From: Trichlorobacter lovleyi SZ
GTDB lineage: Bacteria; Desulfobacterota; Desulfuromonadia; Geobacterales; Pseudopelobacteraceae
DNA: 32,000 nt
Assembly: GCF_000020385.1 (NCBI RefSeq)
Contig: NC_010814.1
Location: forward strand, 2,910,001 to 2,942,000
Direction of reading: 5' to 3'
Position 1 is the first letter of the stretch, and each line of letters opens with the position of its first letter. Of this stretch, positions 20,237-29,387 are shown piece by piece. The notes under the pieces are model-generated. The model searched no databases, was not told where the DNA came from, and worked only from the letters and a program-made list of their open reading frames with translations. Position numbers and translations under genes: made by a program.

Positions 20237-22633
20237 ATGCCCGAATCCCCCGGACATACACCAGAGCAGTCTCATCTTGCCTACCTGCCAAAACTGGTGA
20301 GCAATCTGCTTGATTCAATCGTGCGGCGGTTTTCAAACCCGGTGACGGCCCGGCGCAACAGAGTGCTGTTGCTGCTGCTGACTGCCGGGCTTTTGACCCT
20401 GATCCTGCTGCCCAGCCAGCACCTGGTGACCGCCCGCTACAAGCCGGGCGAGATCGCCACCTCTGACATCCGCGCCAGCCAGGACTACCTGCTGGAAGAC
20501 CATGAGCTGACCAGGCAACTGCGTAGCGAAGCAGAGGCCAAGGCACCGGTGGTCTACACTGCCGGTGACACCGTTGCAACAACACTGCTCAACAGCATAA
20601 CCCGGGCACTGAACGCCACACGCAGTGCCCGGTCTGAAAAACCGGCCATCACCACAGCCGAGCTGCGGCCGCTGCTTGAGCCGGTGCTTGATGCACAGCT
20701 TGCCGAAGGCGAGTTACGCTCCCTGCTGAAAATAACCAACCAGCCCCCGGTACTGACCAGCCTGAAACAGATTCTTGACGAGCTTTACAAACAAAAGATC
20801 ATCCTTGATGAAAAGGTGTTCCGCTCCGATATCCAGCGCGGCATAGAGATCTGCAGCACCACCGGCAAAAGCATCGGTACGGCAACCATGAATACGCCGT
20901 TTATCGAGATCGGCGAAGCCCGCAGGCTGCTGCAGACCAAACGGCTTGACGGTGTTACTGCCGATGTTTCCCGCCACCTGCTGGCGTTGACCGCCAAGAT
21001 CCTGAAGCCGAACCTGTTCTTTGACCGGGAGGCCACCGAGGCCCGTAAAAAGGCCCTCTTGAATGATGTCAAACCGGTACTGTACAAGATTCAAAAAGGT
21101 GAAATGATCGTCCGGGTGGGGGAGCGGGTCAGCAGTGAGCAGTCCCACAAGCTGCAGATGATCTACGAGGCCAGTCGGGGCGAAGGGACACTCTATACCG
21201 TACTCGGCATCTTCGGCCTAGCACTGGTGCTGTTCTACTTTCCGTACCGCTTTGCCTGCAAGAACATCCGCAAATTCAACCCCAGCAACCGCGATCTGCT
21301 GGCCATTGCTATCCTGATTGTGGGCAGTTTCTTTGTCTTTAAACTGGCACTGCTGATATCGGCCAACATCGGGGCAGCCTTCCCGGCCGTATCACCGGCC
21401 TCCTACGCCTACCTCTTCCCCTTTGCGGCCGGTGCCATGATCGTGCGGATCCTGCTCAACTCGGAAGTAGCCCTGGTCTATTGCGTCATGATGGCCCCCC
21501 TGCTGGGGATTCTGTTCAACAGCAACATGTACGTCGTGATCTATGCCCTGCTGGGAAGCGTGGTGGGGGCCCACGGCGTGCGGCAGTGCCAGGACCGCAG
21601 CGTGATCTATACGGCCGGTCTCAAGCTGGCGGTGGTCAACCTGGCCCTGGGGCTTTGCTTCCAGACCATCAACAGCGCTCTGTTCACCATGCAGACCCTC
21701 TACGTCATCTGCTTCACCCTGGTGGGGGCACTGCTCTCCGCCATGCTGGTCTCAGCCTTTACGCCGCTGTTTGAGTCGCTCTTTCATTTCACCACCAACA
21801 TCAAGCTGCTGGAGCTGGCCAACCTCAACGCTCCCCTGTTGCGCGACCTGATGATCAAGGCACCAGGCACCTATCACCACAGCGTGGTGGTGGGCAACCT
21901 GGTGGAGGCCGCAGCCGAGGCGATCGGCGCCAACCCGCTGCTGGCACGGGTGGCTGCCTACTACCACGACATCGGCAAGACAGCCAAACCGCTCTATTTT
22001 ATAGAAAACATGCAGGGTGGCGAGAATCGTCATGATAAGCTTTCGCCCCACATGTCCGCCCTGATCCTGATCTCCCACATCAAGGAGGGCGAGGTGATGG
22101 CACGGGAACGGCACCTGGGACAGCCGATCATTGATGTGATCCGCCAGCACCACGGTACCGCCCTGATCAAGTTCTTCTACGAGAAGGCCAAGACACAGGC
22201 AGAAGCGACCGGACAACAGGTTGATCCCCAGGAGTTCCGTTATCCCGGTCCCAAGCCCCAGACCCGGGAGGCCGGTCTGGTGATGCTGGCCGATGCGGTG
22301 GAGGCGGCCTCACGCACCCTGGTCAATCCCACCCCGGACCGGATTCAGGGGATGGTGCAGAAACTGATCAACCGGATCTTCTCCGACGGCCAGTTGGACG
22401 AATGTGAGCTGACCCTTAAGAACCTGCATGAAATAGCCAAAAGCTTTAACCGGATTCTGGGGGCCATCTTCCACCACCGGATCGACTACCCTGAACCGGC
22501 CCATAAAGGCGGCATCGGAGGCAAAAAAAGCAATGCACATTCTGGTACAGAACAACCAGCGAAGACACCCGGCCCCGCTGCGCCCCATCAAGGCAGCAGC
22601 AGCGAGGATCTTAAACGCCTTGGGATGTCCTGA
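20237..22633 (+). CDS. 7TM-receptor/HDIG-domain membrane hydrolase (YqfF/PgpH family)
   Basis: 798 aa. It has a large extracytoplasmic N-terminal domain, seven hydrophobic helices (about aa 330-520), and an HD domain with HHSVVVGNL...YYHDIGK...QHHG. It sits immediately before ybeY, as in the phoH/yqfF-ybeY clusters of other bacteria. Confidence 0.9.
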   Translation: MPESPGHTPEQSHLAYLPKLVSNLLDSIVRRFSNPVTARRNRVLLLLLTAGLLTLILLPSQHLVTARYKPGEIATSDIRASQDYLLEDHELTRQLRSEAEAKAPVVYTAGDTVATTLLNSITRALNATRSARSEKPAITTAELRPLLEPVLDAQLAEGELRSLLKITNQPPVLTSLKQILDELYKQKIILDEKVFRSDIQRGIEICSTTGKSIGTATMNTPFIEIGEARRLLQTKRLDGVTADVSRHLLALTAKILKPNLFFDREATEARKKALLNDVKPVLYKIQKGEMIVRVGERVSSEQSHKLQMIYEASRGEGTLYTVLGIFGLALVLFYFPYRFACKNIRKFNPSNRDLLAIAILIVGSFFVFKLALLISANIGAAFPAVSPASYAYLFPFAAGAMIVRILLNSEVALVYCVMMAPLLGILFNSNMYVVIYALLGSVVGAHGVRQCQDRSVIYTAGLKLAVVNLALGLCFQTINSALFTMQTLYVICFTLVGALLSAMLVSAFTPLFESLFHFTTNIKLLELANLNAPLLRDLMIKAPGTYHHSVVVGNLVEAAAEAIGANPLLARVAAYYHDIGKTAKPLYFIENMQGGENRHDKLSPHMSALILISHIKEGEVMARERHLGQPIIDVIRQHHGTALIKFFYEKAKTQAEATGQQVDPQEFRYPGPKPQTREAGLVMLADAVEAASRTLVNPTPDRIQGMVQKLINRIFSDGQLDECELTLKNLHEIAKSFNRILGAIFHHRIDYPEPAHKGGIGGKKSNAHSGTEQPAKTPGPAAPHQGSSSEDLKRLGMS

Positions 22634-23006
22634 CGAGACCGAACTGTCAGTGACCGTTGTCGGCGACCGGGCCATCCACCGCCTGAACCGCGAGTATCTT
22701 GGCAAGGACCGTCCTACCAATGTCATCTCGTTTTCACTGCAGGAAGGGGAGTTTGGTGATCTGACCCCCCATGCCCTGGGTGATGTGGTCATATCGGCAG
22801 ACACCGCTGCCGACGAGGCACAGAGTTGCGGCTGGGGCGGCTATGAACGGCTGATCTTTCTGCTGTTACATGGCATCCTGCACCTGACCGGCTATGATCA
22901 TGAACGCAGCGGCGAGGCAGAGGCCCGCCGGATGGAGCGCAAGGAGCGGGAAATCTGGAAGCTGCTGCAAAGTGAAGGACTGACCGTTTTAGCTGTACCC
23001 AATTAA
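22533..23006 (+). CDS. ybeY: rRNA maturation endoribonuclease YbeY
   Basis: 157 aa with the zinc motif HGILHLTGYDHE and NREYLGKDRPTNVISF. GGAGG lies 11 nt upstream of ATG 22533. Confidence 0.92.
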   Translation: MHILVQNNQRRHPAPLRPIKAAAARILNALGCPDETELSVTVVGDRAIHRLNREYLGKDRPTNVISFSLQEGEFGDLTPHALGDVVISADTAADEAQSCGWGGYERLIFLLLHGILHLTGYDHERSGEAEARRMERKEREIWKLLQSEGLTVLAVPN

Positions 23007-23025
23007 CCCCGGAGGAAGAAAAAAC

Positions 23026-23880
23026 GTGGACGAAGGAAGTAGTCGCAGGCCGGCTAGTCTGCTCGATAGAGTCGCCCGACTGGTAATCGGACGCAAAAAG
23101 GTTACCGAAGAGGAGATTCACGACCTGATCGAGGCCGGCGAAGAAGAAGGGATTGTTGACGAACAGGAACGGGAGATGATCAGCGCCATCCTTGAACTTG
23201 ATTCAACGGTGGTGCGTGAGATCATGGTACCCCGTACCGAGATGGCTGCCATCAGTGTCGAGGCATCGGTACGCGAGACCATCGATGCCATCATTGCCTG
23301 CGGTCATTCCCGCATGCCGGTTTACGACGGCACGATGGACAACATCATCGGCCTGCTGTATGCCAAGGATCTGCTTAAAAGCTGGGGGATGGCGGATTCG
23401 CAGATCCAGTTGCGCGATCTTATCCGGCAGCCGTTTTTCACCCCTGAGACCAAGACCCTTGAACTGCTGCTGCAGGAGTTTAAAAAGAAGAAGGTTCACC
23501 TGGCCATTGTGGTGGATGAGTACGGCGGCACTTCCGGACTGGTTACCATTGAAGACCTGCTTGAGCAGATCGTGGGTGACATTCAGGACGAATACGACAT
23601 GGAAGAGGATCTCTATGTCCGCAACCCTGACGGATCACTCACCACCGACGCCCGCCTGCCGATTGAAGAGCTTGAGGAACAGTTCCAGCTTGAGATCGAG
23701 CGGGACAAGTTTGATACCGTTGGTGGCCTGGTGGTGCATCTGGCGGACGGCATTCCGGTTGCCGGCACCGTGGTCATTGGCGAAGATCTTGAAATTGAGA
23801 TTCTGGAGGCCGATCCCCGCAAGGTCAAGCGGGTGAAGATCTCCCGTCTCCCCAAAGCAACGGAGCTGCCTACCTCGTGA
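23026..23880 (+). CDS. corC: CorC/YbeX-family protein (CBS pair + CorC_HlyC transporter-associated domain)
   Basis: 284 aa with a GTG start. EREMISAILELDSTVVREIMVPR, LAIVVDEYGGTSGLVTIEDLLEQIVGDI and the C-terminal CorC_HlyC fold are present. Confidence 0.9.
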   Translation: MDEGSSRRPASLLDRVARLVIGRKKVTEEEIHDLIEAGEEEGIVDEQEREMISAILELDSTVVREIMVPRTEMAAISVEASVRETIDAIIACGHSRMPVYDGTMDNIIGLLYAKDLLKSWGMADSQIQLRDLIRQPFFTPETKTLELLLQEFKKKKVHLAIVVDEYGGTSGLVTIEDLLEQIVGDIQDEYDMEEDLYVRNPDGSLTTDARLPIEELEEQFQLEIERDKFDTVGGLVVHLADGIPVAGTVVIGEDLEIEILEADPRKVKRVKISRLPKATELPTS

Positions 23881-25454
23881 TATCAACCGGTTTTCGCCTG
23901 CCACCGTTGTCCGGCACCATCCGCCCCGCTGTCCTGGCAATCGTTTCCGGTCTGCTGATCGCCCTCTCCTTTCCCAAGGCAGACCTCTCATTTCTGGCCT
24001 GGATCGCCCTGCTGCCGCTTTTGATCAGCCTTGAAGGCAGGTCTGACCGTACGGCCTTCTACCTGGGATTGACGACCGGACTGACCGCCTATGCCGGCCT
24101 GCTGTACTGGGTCATCATTGTCATGGGGGTCTACGGTCACCTGCCCCTGTTTGCCAGCATCCCGCTCTGGCTGCTGCTCTCAGGCTGGCTGGCTCTGTTT
24201 TACGGTATGGCAACCTGGGCGACCTGTCTGGGTCAACGCCTCGGACTCAAATCAGCGTTTATCATGCCCCTGGCCTGGGTTGGAGCCGACTACCTGCGCA
24301 GCTTTCTGCTGACCGGCTTCCCCTGGACCATGCTGGGGCACACCCAGTACCGCATGCTGCCATTGATCCAGGCAGCCGACATCACCGGCGTGTACGGCAT
24401 CACCGCCCTGATTGTGCTGGCAAACGTCGTCTTTTACCGCATCATCAGGGCGTTCTCCGGCAGTGACGTACCCTACCCGGCCAAAAGTGCCATCATCTTC
24501 GTGCTGGCCCTGGCAGCCACCCTGGGCTACGGTTTTTTCCGTCTGAACTCACCTCTACCCACAGCAGCGCCTCTCCGGGTCGCCCTGATCCAAGGCAATA
24601 TTGATCAGGCCGTCAAGTGGTCTCCGGCCTTTCGTGAAGCCACCCTTGATATCTACACCGGCCTCTCCCGCCAAGCCGTTGCCCGGCAGGCTGCCGACCT
24701 GATCGTCTGGCCGGAAAGTGCGGCACCGTTTTTCTTTCAGGAAAACAGCCCCTCCTCGGACCGGATCCGCAATCTTGCCCGAGAGCTGAAGGCACACCTG
24801 CTGTTCGGCAGCCCGGCTGCAGAACAGCGCAATGGACACTACACCAACCTGAACAGCGCCTTTTTGCTGGGTTCTGACGGCACAGAGATCGGCCGCACCG
24901 ACAAGATGCATCTGGTGCCGTTTGGCGAGTACGTCCCCTTGGCCCGTCTGCTGCCGTTTGTCAACAAACTGGTACACGGCATTGGTGACTTTGCTCCCGG
25001 CCTGGAGGTCAGACCACTCAAGACCGGCACAACCCCGCTGGGAATACTGGTCTGCTACGAGGTGATCTTCCCCGAACTGGCGCGGGCGCAGGTCAGGGCC
25101 GGCAGCCGGGTACTGGTCAACATCACCAACGATGCCTGGTTCGGTCGCTCGTCCGCCCCCTACCAGCACCTCTCCATGGCCGCCTTCCGGGCCATCGAGA
25201 CCCGCACCCCGCTGATCCGTGCCGCCAACACCGGCATCACCTCCATCATCGACCAGAATGGCCATATCCGCGGTATGACCTCACTGTTCAAAGAGGCGGT
25301 CATGGTAGGCGAGGTACAACCGGGCAGCGCCAACGCCCCTTACCTGAAGATCGGGGATCTGTTTGCCCGAGGCTGCCTGGGGCTTGTCGCCGGGATTCTG
25401 CTGTTGCAGAGGTGGCGGAAAAAAGGTACAAATGAGCCTCGGCACGAGCCGTAA
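23877..25454 (+). CDS. lnt: Apolipoprotein N-acyltransferase
   Basis: 525 aa, with a GTGA overlap with corC. It has a multi-helix N-terminus and a CN-hydrolase domain (VALIQGNI...LIVWPESA...LVCYEVIFPE...NITNDAWFG). ybeY-corC-lnt order matches E. coli ybeY-ybeX-lnt. Confidence 0.92.
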   Translation: MISTGFRLPPLSGTIRPAVLAIVSGLLIALSFPKADLSFLAWIALLPLLISLEGRSDRTAFYLGLTTGLTAYAGLLYWVIIVMGVYGHLPLFASIPLWLLLSGWLALFYGMATWATCLGQRLGLKSAFIMPLAWVGADYLRSFLLTGFPWTMLGHTQYRMLPLIQAADITGVYGITALIVLANVVFYRIIRAFSGSDVPYPAKSAIIFVLALAATLGYGFFRLNSPLPTAAPLRVALIQGNIDQAVKWSPAFREATLDIYTGLSRQAVARQAADLIVWPESAAPFFFQENSPSSDRIRNLARELKAHLLFGSPAAEQRNGHYTNLNSAFLLGSDGTEIGRTDKMHLVPFGEYVPLARLLPFVNKLVHGIGDFAPGLEVRPLKTGTTPLGILVCYEVIFPELARAQVRAGSRVLVNITNDAWFGRSSAPYQHLSMAAFRAIETRTPLIRAANTGITSIIDQNGHIRGMTSLFKEAVMVGEVQPGSANAPYLKIGDLFARGCLGLVAGILLLQRWRKKGTNEPRHEP

Positions 25455-25477
25455 ATCAGACTGAAATGAGAGCCCCC

Positions 25478-26597
25478 ATGTACCGCGAAGAAGTTGCACT
25501 GCTTGACGACCTGACCAGCCGAATCTCCTCACTTCGGAGGTCTCTTTGACCTGGATAGCAAACGGGAGGAGCTGCAGGAGCTTGACGCCCGTATCGCTGC
25601 CCCCGGTTTCTGGGACGACCCCTCCGGTTCTCAGGATATCCTGAAAAAACGTACGGTTATCGAAAAACTGCTCCAGTCGTGGGACTCACTCAACCGCCAG
25701 GCCGATGATGTGCGGGTGATGATTGAGCTGGGTGAAGAGTCCTCGGATGAGGACACCCTGACTGAAGTCCACCAGATGAATGAACGCCTGAAGAGCGGCG
25801 TTGAAGAGGCCGAATTTCAGCGGATGCTGTCCGGCACCCATGACCGCAACGGCTGTTTTGTGTCGGTCAACTCCGGCGCAGGCGGCACCGAGTCCCAGGA
25901 TTGGGCCAACATGCTGCTGCGGATGCTGTTGCGCTACTGCGAGAAAAAGGGCTGGAAGGCGGTGATTACCGACTATCAGGACGGCGAAGAAGCCGGCCTC
26001 AAATCAGCCACCTTCAGCGTCTCCGGTGAATTTGCCTATGGCCACCTCAAGGCCGAGGCAGGGGTCCATCGCCTGGTGCGACTTTCCCCTTTTGACAGCA
26101 ACAACCGCCGCCACACCTCCTTTGCCTCGGTCTTCGTCTTTCCCGAAATCGAGGAGGAGGATATCGATATCCGCATTGCAGACTCTGACCTGCGGGTGGA
26201 CACCTACCGTTCCAGCGGTTCAGGCGGCCAGCATGTCAACACCACCGATTCGGCGGTGCGGATCACCCACCTCCCCACCAATATCGTGGTGGCCTGCCAG
26301 TCGGAACGGAGCCAGATCCTGAACCGTGCCACTGCCATGAAGGTGTTGCGGGCCAAGCTGTACGAAAAAGAGATGGAAGAGCGGAATGCCAAGGCCTCCG
26401 AGATTGCCGGTGAAAAGCGGGAGATCGGCTGGGGCAGCCAGATCCGCTCCTATGTGCTGCATCCCTATAAAATGGTGAAAGATCTGCGCACCGGCGTGGA
26501 ATCAGGCAACCCGGATTCCGTTCTGGACGGGGCCCTGGATGACTTTGTGATTCCTTTCCTGATGGGTGTCCGGCGTGATGTCAAGGACGAGGATTAG
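25478..26597 (+). CDS. prfB: Peptide chain release factor 2, expressed via programmed +1 frameshift at 25544-25550
   Basis: Frame 0 (25478-25546) gives MYREEVALLDDLTSRISSLRRSL, then the in-frame TGA. The +1 frame from 25548 continues DLDSKREELQELD... through the SPF and GGQ motifs to TAG 26597. The site reads GGAGG-TCT-CTT-TGA-C. Confidence 0.95.
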
Positions 26598-26600
26598 GCC

Positions 26601-27524
26601 ATGAAACAGCTCATCACCATCAGCTATCTGATCATCATCGTCATGGGGCTCTCGGTCACCCCCGGCTGCGCTTCCCCCAAGGCCGGTAAGGCACGCCCGG
26701 AGCCGCTCAAGAGCGGCAGCAGTGTCAAGTATGCCAAAGGGGTCAGTCGCCTGGGGTATGCAATCCAGATGGGCGCCTTTTCGGACGTCAAGAATGCCGA
26801 GCGTTTTGCCAACCGATTACAGGACAAAGGGATCGAGGCCTTCTACTACCGCAAGGACAACGGCATCTATGCCGTACGGTTCGGTGACTTCCCCAGCAAG
26901 GAGAAGGCCCGTATCGTTGCCAACCGGCTGGTGTCTGACCGGTTAATCGACAGTTTCTACATCGCCCCGCCCAACGAGGTGGTCTTTGCCGGTTCCAAAG
27001 AACCGGTCATCAAACAGAACCGGCCGGAGCTGCATAAGCCGCTCAAACCCTATCCGCCACCGACCAATGAGCTGGGCCTGCCGGCTGATGAGTCAACCAC
27101 ATCAAAACCAACCACTGCCAAGCCGCCCGCAACCAAGCCGGGAGAACGTGATCTGGGCTTCATCGCCGCACGCACTGCCGAGCGTTTTGTGGGGATCCCG
27201 TACCAATGGGGCGGCACCACCGTGGTGGACGGTATGGACTGCAGCGGTTTCACCAAGGCGGTCTATAACCTGTGTGGCGTCAATATCCCCCGTACCTCGC
27301 GGGAGCAGTACAAGGCCGGCAACCCGGTCTCCAAAAACGAGTTGCGGGATGGCGATCTGGTCTTCTTTGGCGCCTCGGAGTCCTCCATTACCCATGTCGG
27401 TATCTATGTCGGCAACGGTAAGTTTGTACATGCCCCCAAACGGGGGGAAGATATAAAGACCGCATCAGTTGACGAATCCTACTTCGAGCGCCGTTTTGTG
27501 GGTGCCCGACGCTATATTCAATAA
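26601..27524 (+). CDS. Lipoprotein with SPOR domain and C-terminal NlpC/P60 peptidoglycan endopeptidase domain
   Basis: The signal peptide and lipobox are ...GLSVTPGC. The SPOR-like segment is GYAIQMGAFSDVKNAERFANRLQDKGIEAFYY...YAVRFGDFPSKEKA, followed by a Pro/Thr-rich linker. The NlpC/P60 motifs are GIPYQWGG...GMDCSGF...HVGIYVG. Confidence 0.85.
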   Translation: MKQLITISYLIIIVMGLSVTPGCASPKAGKARPEPLKSGSSVKYAKGVSRLGYAIQMGAFSDVKNAERFANRLQDKGIEAFYYRKDNGIYAVRFGDFPSKEKARIVANRLVSDRLIDSFYIAPPNEVVFAGSKEPVIKQNRPELHKPLKPYPPPTNELGLPADESTTSKPTTAKPPATKPGERDLGFIAARTAERFVGIPYQWGGTTVVDGMDCSGFTKAVYNLCGVNIPRTSREQYKAGNPVSKNELRDGDLVFFGASESSITHVGIYVGNGKFVHAPKRGEDIKTASVDESYFERRFVGARRYIQ

Positions 27525-27539
27525 CAGCAGGAGCAGACC

Positions 27540-28781
27540 ATGGCAATTATCCGACCTTTTGAGGCCCTGCGGCCTCCCGTACACCTGGCCCCCCGAGTGG
27601 CCGCCCTCCCCTATGACGTGATGGATGTGGAGGAGGCCCGCCAGATGGCTGGCGACAATAGTGATTCGTTTTTGCATATTTCCAGACCCGAGATCGACCT
27701 GCCCGCCTCGGTGGACCCCCATGCCGACGAGGTCCACAGACAGGGCAAACTGAACCTGCAGGGCTTTATCGAGCGCAAGGTCCTGATTCAGGAACCGGCA
27801 CCCTGCTACTATATCTATCGCCAGCGGATGGGTGCCATTGTCCAGACCGGACTGGTGGCCTGCGCTGCAGTGGATGATTATGTCTCCGGCGTGATTAAAA
27901 AACATGAGCATACCCGGGCAGACAAGGAAGAGGATCGGATCAAGCATATTGACACCCTGGATGCCAATGACGAGCCGGTCTTTTACATCTTCCGCTCCCA
28001 CCCGGAGGTGGAAGAGATTCTGCAGAACGTCATTTATGAACCGGCTGATTACAACTTCACCACAGCCGACGGGGTCTCCCACGCCCTCTGGGTAGTGGCT
28101 GATCCCTACCTGATTGAGCATCTGACCAGGCTGTTCAGCGCCATCCCGACCCTGTACGTTGCCGACGGGCACCACCGCAGTGCAGCAGCCGCAAAGGTAC
28201 GTGACCTGCGCAAGGCGGCCAACCCCAGCCACACCGGCAACGAAGAGTACAATTTCTTTCTGACGGTAATCTTCCCGGAAAGCCAGCTCAACATCATGCC
28301 CTACAACCGGGTGGTAAAGGATCTGAACGGGCTTGATACCCCCCGGTTCCTTGATACCGTAAGCAAATCCTTTCTGATTACCCCTGCCCCTGCACCACTG
28401 GCGCCTGAAGAGCGGCACCAGTTCGGAATGTACCTTGGCAGACAGTGGTATCGTCTGCAGGCCAGACCGGAACTGACCGACGAGGCCAACACCGTTGGAC
28501 GCCTGGATGTCTCGATCCTGCAGAACCACCTGCTGCACCCGGTACTGGGGATTGAAAACCCCCGCACCGACAAGCGGATCAGCTTTGTAGGTGGTATCCG
28601 CGGCCTGGATGAGCTGGTACGGCTGGTGGACAGCGGTGAGTATGCCGTGGCCTTTTCCATGCACCCCACCGGCATCCAGGAACTGATGGATCTGGCTGAT
28701 GACGACCAGATCATGCCGCCTAAGTCCACCTGGTTTGAACCGAAGCTGAGAAGCGGACTGTTTGTGCATCTGCTGTCATAG
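27540..28781 (+). CDS. DUF1015 family protein
   Basis: 413 aa. The N-terminus MAIIRPFEALRP...LPYDVMD and the later ADGHHR motif fit my recollection of DUF1015. Function is unknown. Confidence 0.8.
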   Translation: MAIIRPFEALRPPVHLAPRVAALPYDVMDVEEARQMAGDNSDSFLHISRPEIDLPASVDPHADEVHRQGKLNLQGFIERKVLIQEPAPCYYIYRQRMGAIVQTGLVACAAVDDYVSGVIKKHEHTRADKEEDRIKHIDTLDANDEPVFYIFRSHPEVEEILQNVIYEPADYNFTTADGVSHALWVVADPYLIEHLTRLFSAIPTLYVADGHHRSAAAAKVRDLRKAANPSHTGNEEYNFFLTVIFPESQLNIMPYNRVVKDLNGLDTPRFLDTVSKSFLITPAPAPLAPEERHQFGMYLGRQWYRLQARPELTDEANTVGRLDVSILQNHLLHPVLGIENPRTDKRISFVGGIRGLDELVRLVDSGEYAVAFSMHPTGIQELMDLADDDQIMPPKSTWFEPKLRSGLFVHLLS

Positions 28782-28784
28782 GAG

Positions 28785-28904
28785 TGGTCTTTTTCCGCGA
28801 TATCTGCGTAAGTCTTCTGTCGTGCTTGTGCGGCGTACTCAATGGGTACGCCTCCGCGCACTCCTTCAACAGCCTTGATCTCACGAAAAAATTCTCACTC
28901 CTTT
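28785..28904 (+). repeat. Intergenic repeat element, copy B (candidate structured RNA)
   Basis: It starts 4 nt after the DUF1015 stop and ends at the SD of the EVE gene. The block structure is the same as copy A (15857-15977). Confidence 0.65.
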
Positions 28905-28922
28905 CAGTGGAGGATGGCATAC

Positions 28923-29387
28923 ATGCGTTACTGGCTCTTTAAATCGGAACCGGGCTGTTTTTCCTTCCAGGACCTGCAAGCCCGTCCCAACGCAACTGAG
29001 CAGTGGGACGGGGTACGCAACTTTCAGGCCCGTAACTTCCTGCGGGACGAGATCAAACCCGGCGACCGGGTGCTGTTCTACCACAGCTCCATCCCGGAAC
29101 CGGCCGTGATCGGTCTCTGCAGCGTGGTACGAGAGGGCTATCCTGACCACACTGCCCTTGACCCGGCGGCCGACCACTTTGATCCCAAGGCCACACCTGA
29201 CAAACCGATCTGGTACATGGTTGATGTCCGTGCGGATCAGGCGCTGCCTTCAGAAGTCCCTCTGGCCGTAATCCGTGAACACCCGCTCCTGACCGGCATG
29301 CCGCTGGTCAACCGCAGCCGTCTTTCGATCCAGCCACTCACCAAAGAGCAGTTTGAGACCATTCTGCAGTTGGGAGGTCTTGCATGA
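28923..29387 (+). CDS. EVE-domain (PUA-like) protein
   Basis: ATG 28923 lies 8 nt after GGAGGA and gives MRYWLFKSEPGCFSFQDL...WDGVRNFQARNFLRDEIKPGDRVLFYHS, the typical EVE/THYN1-like N-terminus. The extension from 28842 runs through the repeat and was rejected. Confidence 0.85.
   Translation: MRYWLFKSEPGCFSFQDLQARPNATEQWDGVRNFQARNFLRDEIKPGDRVLFYHSSIPEPAVIGLCSVVREGYPDHTALDPAADHFDPKATPDKPIWYMVDVRADQALPSEVPLAVIREHPLLTGMPLVNRSRLSIQPLTKEQFETILQLGGLA

Noticed and set aside
23192-23836. 214-aa + strand ORF in an alternative frame inside corC
   Set aside because: It lies entirely within the CorC reading frame. It is Arg/Trp/Ser-rich with no motif, as expected by chance in GC-rich DNA.
27465-28769. 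434-aa - strand ORF opposite DUF1015
   Set aside because: It is a shadow frame covering the same span as the + strand DUF1015 gene, which has an SD and the conserved N-terminus.
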